Shown: in pieces, positions 25,604 through 32,000 of the stretch
How the letters are laid out: each line of letters begins with the position of its first letter
How positions within the stretch are numbered: position 1 is the stretch's first letter
Source: Candidatus Scalindua sp.
GTDB lineage: Bacteria > Planctomycetota > Brocadiia > Brocadiales > Scalinduaceae
Reading direction: 5' to 3'
NCBI GenBank assembly: GCA_031316235.1
Contig: JALDRA010000001.1
Span: 1,830,001 to 1,862,000, forward strand
Length of the DNA: 32,000 nt
The notes under the pieces: generated by a model
What the model was told of the DNA's origin: nothing
What the model saw: the letters and a program-made list of their open reading frames with translations, nothing else
Databases searched by the model: none
Position numbers and translations under genes: made by a program

Positions 25604-26098
25604 ATTATACTCTTCCTCTGGTTAAAATATTTCTAAAATCTATTAACAGGTGCAGTAAATTGTACAGACCGCCTCTGTTTTCTTCAACAGTTGGCTGTTA
25701 TCGTTCACTCTGTGTTGCGAAATACTGCACCCAAACCGGAAAAGGCTCTCATATTATAGAACTTATTGGTTACTCTTGAGGCTCACCTCAGCCATTTACC
25801 CGGATCCTCTTTTCACGCAACGCTTCAACGAAGCCGGCACTCAAAGCTTCAGGTAATAGTACTATACACACAGGTAAAAGTAAATGTAAATAAATGAATG
25901 CGAATGCCACACCTGAATCATGAAACAAAATCATACGCAAAAGAGGCAGATTTCAGCATGAAAAATCAACGTGCATAAAAAAATAGTTGAATTCTTTCTG
26001 CATATCGTTTAAGTTTTATCAAGCCTTGCCTGTTAATTCGCGGTAATTCCAGCTTTTTTTCTCCGTGGCTTGTCAAATGGCACTAAAAATGCGCATTT

Positions 26099-26212
26099 AG
26101 TCCTGAATCGAGCGATTTTCACCTGACAGTCCCGACGGGTTTGGCAGGCAGAGTGGTTTTACTTACGTTCTCATGTTCCCGAAACCCTGAAAGCCGCTCG
26201 ATTCAGGACTAT
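26099..26212. repeat. 114-bp element bounded by perfect 17-bp inverted repeats, in the ahcY leader (candidate MITE or structured leader RNA)
   Basis: TAGTCCTGAATCGAGCG at 26099-26115 is the exact reverse complement of CGCTCGATTCAGGACTA at 26196-26212. The terminal TA dinucleotides could instead be a TA target-site duplication flanking 15-bp TIRs. The element ends 46 nt before the ahcY ATG. Confidence 0.85.
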
Positions 26213-26257
26213 TCAACTTTATATTATTCGATATCGTTTTTCTATGAGGAGTATTGT

Positions 26258-27664
26258 ATGACAAGTGATAACTGTGGAGTAGCTGACCTTAATTGTGCTG
26301 TTAGTGAAAAAAAAGGAGACTTTAAAGTCGCTGATATCAGTTTGGCAGAGTGGGGAAGAAAGGAAATTGCCATTGCAGAAGCTGAGATGCCGGCCCTGAT
26401 GGCTTTACGGAAGAAGTATTCCCCGACTCAACCGCTACGCGGAGCAAAAATTATAGGCTGTATCCATATGACAATACAGACAGCGGTCTTGATAGAAACG
26501 TTAATAGCTTTAGGCGCTGAGGTTCGATGGTCTTCGTGCAATATCTTTTCGACGCAGGACCATGCAGCGGCTGCCATGGCTGCCGCAGGAGTTCCTGTTT
26601 ATGCCTGGAAAGGACAAACCAACGAAGAGGGTGAATGGTGCATTGAACAGACTATCCTCAAAGACGGCAAGCCCTGGGATGCCAATATGCTGCTTGACGA
26701 TGGCGGTGATTTAACGTTAATGGTTCATGAAAAATACCCTGCCATGCTTGATAAAATTCATGGAATAACCGAGGAGACTACAACGGGCGTGCATCGATTG
26801 CTGGAAATGCTTGAGAAGAAAACTCTCAAGGTCCCCGCCATCAATGTAAACGACTCGATTACAAAATCAAAAAATGACAACAAGTATGGTTGCCGCCACA
26901 GTTTAAATGATGGGGTGAAACGAGGCACCGATATGCTGCTTGCCGGCAAAAAAGCACTTGTTATCGGTTATGGGGATGTCGGTAAAGGATCTGCCCAGAG
27001 TTTGCGTCAGGAAGGGATGATCGTCAAGATTTCAGAGATTGATCCTATTTGTGCAATGCAGGCCTGTATGGACGGCTATGAAGTAGTTTCACCCTATAAC
27101 AACGGGAAAAATACAGGCAAGGTTGAAGATATTGACAAGGCACTTCTTGGTCAACTTGATCTTATTGTAACTGCTACGGGCAATCTAAATGTTTGCGATG
27201 CCCAGATGCTGATGACGGTAAAATCGGGTTCGGTGATTTGCAATATTGGCCATTTCGACAATGAAATTGACACACAATTTCTGCGGGAAACCTATGAATG
27301 GGAGGAGGTAAAACCTCAGGTGCACAAAATCTACCGTAACCGTGAACTCAATAACTACTTGATTCTTTTGTCTGAAGGAAGACTTGTAAATCTCGGCAAT
27401 GCAACTGGCCACCCATCACGGATTATGGATGGCTCTTTTTCCAATCAGGTCCTGGCACAGATGTTCCTGTACGAAAAAAAATGGGCGGATACGAAAACTG
27501 GTGATATCAGTGTCACCGTACTCCCGAAAAAACTTGATGAGGAGGTGGCACGTGATATGGTCGAGGGTTTTGGAGGCATAATCACACACCTCACGAAACA
27601 GCAGGCCGCGTATATTAACGTACCGATAGCGGGTCCTTTTAAGTCTGGAGATTATAAGTACTAG
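26258..27664 (+). CDS. ahcY: adenosylhomocysteinase
   Basis: This is ORF 26141..27664. I prefer the ATG at 26258, which is preceded by GAGGAG. The product contains [27 protein letters not shown] and the NAD-binding motif [15 protein letters not shown], and ends in ...GDYKY. It is about 468 aa. Confidence 0.95.
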   Translation: MTSDNCGVADLNCAVSEKKGDFKVADISLAEWGRKEIAIAEAEMPALMALRKKYSPTQPLRGAKIIGCIHMTIQTAVLIETLIALGAEVRWSSCNIFSTQDHAAAAMAAAGVPVYAWKGQTNEEGEWCIEQTILKDGKPWDANMLLDDGGDLTLMVHEKYPAMLDKIHGITEETTTGVHRLLEMLEKKTLKVPAINVNDSITKSKNDNKYGCRHSLNDGVKRGTDMLLAGKKALVIGYGDVGKGSAQSLRQEGMIVKISEIDPICAMQACMDGYEVVSPYNNGKNTGKVEDIDKALLGQLDLIVTATGNLNVCDAQMLMTVKSGSVICNIGHFDNEIDTQFLRETYEWEEVKPQVHKIYRNRELNNYLILLSEGRLVNLGNATGHPSRIMDGSFSNQVLAQMFLYEKKWADTKTGDISVTVLPKKLDEEVARDMVEGFGGIITHLTKQQAAYINVPIAGPFKSGDYKY

Positions 27665-27970
27665 GGAGAGACCGTAAAAATTTTTGTCTCCACTGCAATC
27701 CTTCCTGCACTACCGGTCCGGTTAACGTTATGACATTTCCTGCTTATGATGCCTGTCATTTGAGAATTCGTCATGCGGAGCTGTGCTCCGCATAACCGGG
27801 CGGAGGCTTGTCCAGATTATTGTCTCATACAGGGCATAATAAACCCCTAATCTTGGTGCGCAGAATTTGAGGGATATGGGAAGTGAATGAGGCTTAAAGG
27901 GAGAAAGAGGCTGAATACGCTTCATTATGCCACCTGAATCTTTCGATGAAACGCGGTATGGTTTAAAATC

Positions 27971-28055
27971 CACTAAAACCAAAGCCTGATTGGTAGCATA
28001 CCCGTTCCGTTTTTTCTCGGATTTTATCCAAAAACCATTATAAGGTGAGTATACT
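27971..28055 (-). repeat. dispersed hairpin repeat, copy 5 (subfamily II, short form lacking hairpin 2 and the insert)
   Basis: The plus strand reads CACTAAAACCAAAGCCTGATTGGTAGCATACCCGTTCCGTTTTTTCTCGGATTTTATCCAAAAACCATTATAAGGTGAGTATACT. On the minus strand it begins 6 nt after the stop of the lipoprotein gene. Confidence 0.85.
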
Positions 28056-28060
28056 TAAGA

Positions 28061-28402
28061 TTAAGGCATATACCCCCTCTTGAGGAGTTCCTGCCTCATA
28101 ATCTCCAATCTCTGTTCTAATTTATTGATTTTAGCCGAGTTTTTCTGCTTCTCCCCATGACCATTAGCTGTATTCCCACTTGAAGATCTGGGAAAATCCG
28201 TGTTGCCTTTCCCAGAAGGGCCCTTAACCATGTATAACTCAAGATCTGTTGCATAGTACTTGTCAATCAACTCCTGGTCAGATAGTTTATCTACAGGTTT
28301 AAGAGCTGTGCAAGCAAAGAGTAAGGCTGGAATAAGGAGAAATATGATTGTTTTTATTGTTTTCACCTTCGCAATGCTATACAATCTTTCAAATAATTTC
28401 AA
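28061..28402 (-). CDS. hypothetical lipoprotein
   Basis: This is a 113-aa ORF starting at a TTG at 28402. An internal GTG at 28366 would give VKTIKTIIFLLIPALLFAC, a textbook lipoprotein signal with lipobox LLFAC. The mature part is low complexity with a C-terminal coiled-coil-like segment. I recognise no family. Confidence 0.5.
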   Translation of the reverse strand: MKLFERLYSIAKVKTIKTIIFLLIPALLFACTALKPVDKLSDQELIDKYYATDLELYMVKGPSGKGNTDFPRSSSGNTANGHGEKQKNSAKINKLEQRLEIMRQELLKRGYMP

Positions 28403-28527
28403 GTCGAAATGACTAAGCCCTTACCATAAATTGTTGTTGCAGGTACAGCGAGAGCCCAACGATGAAACGATGTTTAAATACTGAGGATGAAAAGTGTTTG
28501 ATGAGCAACGCGTCCGGAAGACGCAGG

Positions 28528-28641
28528 ATATACTAAAACCGATTTGGTTTTCGGTTTTACCGGAAACCAAATCCTGGTGAAGGTATACTCGCTCAATTTT
28601 ATCTCGGATTTTATCCGAAAACTATTATGAGATGAGTATAT
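28528..28641 (-). repeat. dispersed hairpin repeat, copy 6 (subfamily I, canonical form)
   Basis: The plus strand reads ATATACTAAAACCGATTTGGTTTTCGGTTTTACCGGAAACCAAATCCTGGTGAAGGTATACTCGCTCAATTTTATCTCGGATTTTATCCGAAAACTATTATGAGATGAGTATAT. Its reverse complement is 97% identical to copy 3. Confidence 0.95.
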
Positions 28642-28842
28642 CTCTGGTGAAATATCCTGCCATAACGCTGAAGAGGTACTTTTCGTTATACAATGCCATA
28701 GACAAGTGGTAGAACCAGCAGAAAATAGTCAGCTCAAAAAAATCCCTGCTGATTGAAGAAAGCCGGAGAAGATAGTTACCATCAGAAATGCGGGAAAAGC
28801 TTTCTGAAGAGTTGAAAACCTTTTTACAGAACATCTCAAAGT

Positions 28843-30324
28843 ATGTCAATAGATTTTAAGATTATGTTTGCCTCTCCTGAAGTCGTTCCTTTTGCCAAGA
28901 CAGGAGGGCTCGCTGATGTATCCGGTTCACTACCAAAACATCTCAAAAGGCTTGGGTGTGATACGAGGATTGTTATGCCATTCTACCGGATGATTCGAGA
29001 ACAACAACTCCCGCATGTCACCATAATAGAGGACCTTGATGTCCCCTCCAAAGGCGGTATCCTGAAGGCGAAAGTAATACAGGTCAACCTTGAAGGTATT
29101 ATTCCCGTTTATTTCATAATGTATGATGAGTTCTATGACAGGGGAAACCTTTATGGTAATTCCGAAGGTGACTACCATGATAATGCTGAACGCTTTATTT
29201 TCTTCTGCAGATCAATTCTTGAGCTCTCCAGACGAATTGATTTTCGCCCTGACATCATACACTGTAATGAATGGCAAACAGGCTTAATCCCCGCATACCT
29301 GAAAACGTTATATAATGAAGATCCGTTTTTCTCAAACACCAGAACGGTGTTTACCATACACAATATTGCCTACCAGGGCATCTTTGAAAAAGAGATATTT
29401 AAAAAGACCTGTCTGCCTGACAATGTATTCGATACCGGTATTGAATATTATGGGAAAGTTAACTTTATGAAGGCGGGCATTGTCTATACCGATATCATTA
29501 GCACCGTAAGCCAGAAGTACAGCACAGAGATTCAGACCGAAGAGTATGGATGTGGACTGCAAGATATTTTGAAAGAGCGGTCTGATTCTCTTTTCAGTGT
29601 ACTCAATGGTGTTAACTACGACGAATGGAACCCTGAAACCGATGCATTTATAGTTGCCAATTACAATAAAGAGAACGCCTCAGGAAAAATAGCGTGCAAA
29701 CAGGACCTGCTTAGCCATTTTACCCTACCACTTTCACTCATGAAACGTCCGCTACTGGGGATTATATCACGTTTGGTAGAACAGAAAGGTATTGATCTCT
29801 TATTAGAAACCCTTGACCGGTTGATGGCATTTAATGTGGGTTTCATACTTCTGGGGTTAGGTGAAGAGAGATACCATCGACAATTTCTAAATTTTGCCCG
29901 CAGATATCCGAAAAGGATTGGCCTTTGTATAGCGTATAATAATGTCCTGGCTCATAAAATCGAGGCCGGAGTTGATATCTTTTTAATGCCTTCCCGATAT
30001 GAGCCTTGCGGGCTGAACCAGATCTACAGTCTAAGATATGGAACAATTCCAATAGTGCATGCGACAGGAGGGCTTGATGACACGATAAAAGATTACGATC
30101 AGGCAAATGGGGCAGGGAATGGTTTCAAGTTCAAAGAATACAACACCAGTGCATTCCTTAACAAAACGAAACAGGCGCTCAATGTATTTGAAAACAGAGA
30201 AGAGTGGAGTCGGTTAATGAAAAACGCAATGGCTGAAGATTTCTCATGGGAGATATCAGCAGAGAAATATATAGAACTTTATAAAAAAGCTGCCTCCTGT
30301 CGGCAATTTTCGCCTTTTCGATAA
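28843..30324 (+). CDS. glgA: glycogen synthase (ADP-glucose type, GT5)
   Basis: The 493-aa ORF has an N-terminal EVVPFAKTGGLADV motif, HCNEWQTGLIP, TVFTIHNIAYQG, and the C-terminal motifs PSRYEPCGLNQIY and TGGLDDT. Confidence 0.9.
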   Translation: MSIDFKIMFASPEVVPFAKTGGLADVSGSLPKHLKRLGCDTRIVMPFYRMIREQQLPHVTIIEDLDVPSKGGILKAKVIQVNLEGIIPVYFIMYDEFYDRGNLYGNSEGDYHDNAERFIFFCRSILELSRRIDFRPDIIHCNEWQTGLIPAYLKTLYNEDPFFSNTRTVFTIHNIAYQGIFEKEIFKKTCLPDNVFDTGIEYYGKVNFMKAGIVYTDIISTVSQKYSTEIQTEEYGCGLQDILKERSDSLFSVLNGVNYDEWNPETDAFIVANYNKENASGKIACKQDLLSHFTLPLSLMKRPLLGIISRLVEQKGIDLLLETLDRLMAFNVGFILLGLGEERYHRQFLNFARRYPKRIGLCIAYNNVLAHKIEAGVDIFLMPSRYEPCGLNQIYSLRYGTIPIVHATGGLDDTIKDYDQANGAGNGFKFKEYNTSAFLNKTKQALNVFENREEWSRLMKNAMAEDFSWEISAEKYIELYKKAASCRQFSPFR

Positions 30325-30339
30325 TTAACTTTCTCACTC

Positions 30340-32000
30340 TCATAATCCCATTGACTCAATCATCATTTTTCCTATGTCCGTACTATGCCACAAACCATCA
30401 AATCGGTTTTGAACAGCTTCCGGTCCAAAAGCTATGACAAAGACCGGCGTTGAAGTGTGAGTCCCCGTTCCCCATACAACCTGTTGCTGTTCTGCAATCT
30501 TCCGGGCTGTGAGGGCCTGCCTGTTCACTCGCACGTTTGGATAAAATGCCTTGAAATCATGGATAACAGGTATTGATTGAAAAGACAGGTATGGGTGATG
30601 CCCCTTTCCATAAAACGGTACGTATTCTTCTCCGATAATTTCTTTGGCCTGCTCAAGCGTAATCTCGAATTCAAGATTCTCATTAACAAGCCTTTTAAGC
30701 TCCTGATCAGTCTTTTGATGCGGAGTTAATGCATCAAACACCCTGAATACCTCAGTCAGCGTTTTTTTTTGGTTGTATATTTTGTCTAACACTTCATAGG
30801 ACCCGTAATTATATACAGATTTGCAGTTGTCCTCTTTCAATTGCACCCCTCCTGATGCTGCAGATTGATGGAAATTGCCGGAATAACTGAAGCCAAAAGA
30901 ACCGGTTTCGTGGTCTGCTGTTATTATGAGCAGGGTATCTTTACGATCTTTCATCCACTCAAACACTGCCCCGACAGCCTCATCAAATTTCAGCATTTCG
31001 TGGAGCAGCCAACCCGTGTCGTTAGCATGGCCAGCATAATCGATGAGCCCTCCTTCAACCATTAAGAAAAAGCCCTCCTTATTTACAGAGAGGAGAGAAA
31101 TCGCCTTCTGGGTCATCTCTTTTAGTGTGGGGGGGCGATCAAGACTCTCTCTTGTCTGAGAACAAATGATTCCGTCAGGCATTTCCGATCTGCAAAAAAG
31201 TCCAAGAACTTTTCCGGATTTACTCTGTAAAAGGGACTTTTTATTAAAAATAAGTTCATAGCCATTTTCACTTGCCTTAAGTAAAAGGTTTTTCTGATCT
31301 TTTCTTTTTGATTTGACCAAAGACTCGTTTTGGACTAAAGACAGGACCGTTTTATAACCGGCAGAACCTTTTCTGTTTACCCCCATTGGCAGGAAATACT
31401 GCAATCCTCCCGAAAGCATTATGTCTGCTTTTGATTCAACAAGCTGCTCTGCAATCTCATCTTCTGCCATGCGGTCAGCAACATGGACCGCAAATGCGGC
31501 GGGTGTGGCATGAGTAATGGTTGTATCGCTGACAAGTCCTGTTGATTTCCCCGCGTTTCTGGCTTTTTCCAAAATAGTCTCAAGAGGATTTCCATGAATA
31601 TCCACCCCTATCGCTTCCGGAGGCACGGCTTTCCCTGTAGCAAATTGAGTAGTACTGCAGGCAGAATCAACAACAATTTTTCCATAAGGGCCAACCATAA
31701 CAACCCCTGTTTCACCAGCGTCCATCACTTTTTCAATATTGAGTTTTCGGTTTTTGATTTGAGAATTGGGAGCATGTTCAGCATAAATAACAGCCAACCC
31801 AACTTGTTGCGGCCCCATACCATCACCAATCATGAGAATTACATTTTTGACTGAATTCGGAATTGTTGTACCATCGGCATCAACTCCTTCATCATTCAGG
31901 GGATCAACAGATAAGGCGGTACTCTTTGCCTCAAATGACGTATTTTGCTTCACCATCCCGGACGATTCCATTGCATATCCAGCCATACAAACGAGCTGAG
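30340..32000 (-). CDS. alkaline phosphatase (PhoA family), 5' end probably beyond the window
   Basis: Motifs present are IGDGMG, the nucleophile region VDSACSTTQFATG, TADHETG and GTHTS. The frame stays open from the first ATG (31986) to the window edge (...QLVCMAGY...). No signal peptide is seen after that ATG, so the true start probably lies upstream. Confidence 0.85.
   Translation of the reverse strand, partial: QLVCMAGYAMESSGMVKQNTSFEAKSTALSVDPLNDEGVDADGTTIPNSVKNVILMIGDGMGPQQVGLAVIYAEHAPNSQIKNRKLNIEKVMDAGETGVVMVGPYGKIVVDSACSTTQFATGKAVPPEAIGVDIHGNPLETILEKARNAGKSTGLVSDTTITHATPAAFAVHVADRMAEDEIAEQLVESKADIMLSGGLQYFLPMGVNRKGSAGYKTVLSLVQNESLVKSKRKDQKNLLLKASENGYELIFNKKSLLQSKSGKVLGLFCRSEMPDGIICSQTRESLDRPPTLKEMTQKAISLLSVNKEGFFLMVEGGLIDYAGHANDTGWLLHEMLKFDEAVGAVFEWMKDRKDTLLIITADHETGSFGFSYSGNFHQSAASGGVQLKEDNCKSVYNYGSYEVLDKIYNQKKTLTEVFRVFDALTPHQKTDQELKRLVNENLEFEITLEQAKEIIGEEYVPFYGKGHHPYLSFQSIPVIHDFKAFYPNVRVNRQALTARKIAEQQQVVWGTGTHTSTPVFVIAFGPEAVQNRFDGLWHSTDIGKMMIESMGL

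Noticed and set aside
26099-26257. Canonical SAH riboswitch upstream of ahcY
   Set aside because: I could not find the conserved SAH-riboswitch core as I remember it (the GAGGAGCGCUGC ... CAGGCUC ... AACGGCGCUCA arrangement). The 17-bp closing helix and 80-nt interior do not fit that compact pseudoknot. A cmscan is needed for certainty.
26141-26257. N-terminal extension of the ahcY ORF starting at 26141
   Set aside because: The extension begins inside the inverted-repeat element and has no homology-like content. The ATG at 26258 has a GAGGAG SD and gives the normal AhcY N-terminus.
27665-27700. Possible intrinsic terminator right after the ahcY stop (GAGAC...GTCTC)
   Set aside because: It has only a 5-bp stem with a 13-nt loop and no clear U-tract, which is too weak to annotate.
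10555-28641. Whether the dispersed repeats form a CRISPR array
   Set aside because: Copies are 0.5-8 kb apart, lie in both orientations, vary in length from 85 to 170 bp, and are separated by normal genes. No cas genes are present.

Overview
This is a mostly housekeeping chromosomal segment with about 25 protein genes on both strands, from an AT-leaning bacterium with a Gram-negative-type envelope. Recognisable genes are coaD (partial), an LptD/OstA-like outer-membrane protein, a DegT-family aminotransferase, comEC, a LarE-like PP-loop ATPase, a DinB-family protein, a decayed TetR gene, an M24 Xaa-Pro peptidase, a cytochrome c'-like lipoprotein, a PilZ-like protein, an FGE/SUMF1-family protein, valS, cimA, a radical SAM/SPASM enzyme followed by the Memo-like and AMMECR1-like pair, DedA, nrnA, ahcY, glgA and a partial alkaline phosphatase. 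By eye I found no rRNA, tRNA, CRISPR array, transposase, integrase or recognisable defence genes. The main signal not explained by genes is a dispersed, modular, hairpin-rich repeat family of 85-170 bp. It has six intergenic copies (10555, 12457, 14010, 20542, 27971, 28528) in two subfamilies and with optional modules. Several copies sit within a few nt of start or stop codons, and same-orientation pairs bracket small non-housekeeping genes. The second signal is a 114-bp element with perfect 17-bp terminal inverted repeats, flanked by TA dinucleotides, in the ahcY leader. It is either a MITE or a structured leader and does not look like the canonical SAH riboswitch. Smaller items are the Memo/AMMECR1 pair next to a non-cognate-looking SPASM radical SAM gene, a TetR pseudogene that keeps its promoter and operator, and a 9-bp coding tandem repeat giving an (EED)8 tail. 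A Planctomycetota or anammox-like origin is only an impression from gene style. All functional calls rest on motifs read from the translations; no database search was possible.
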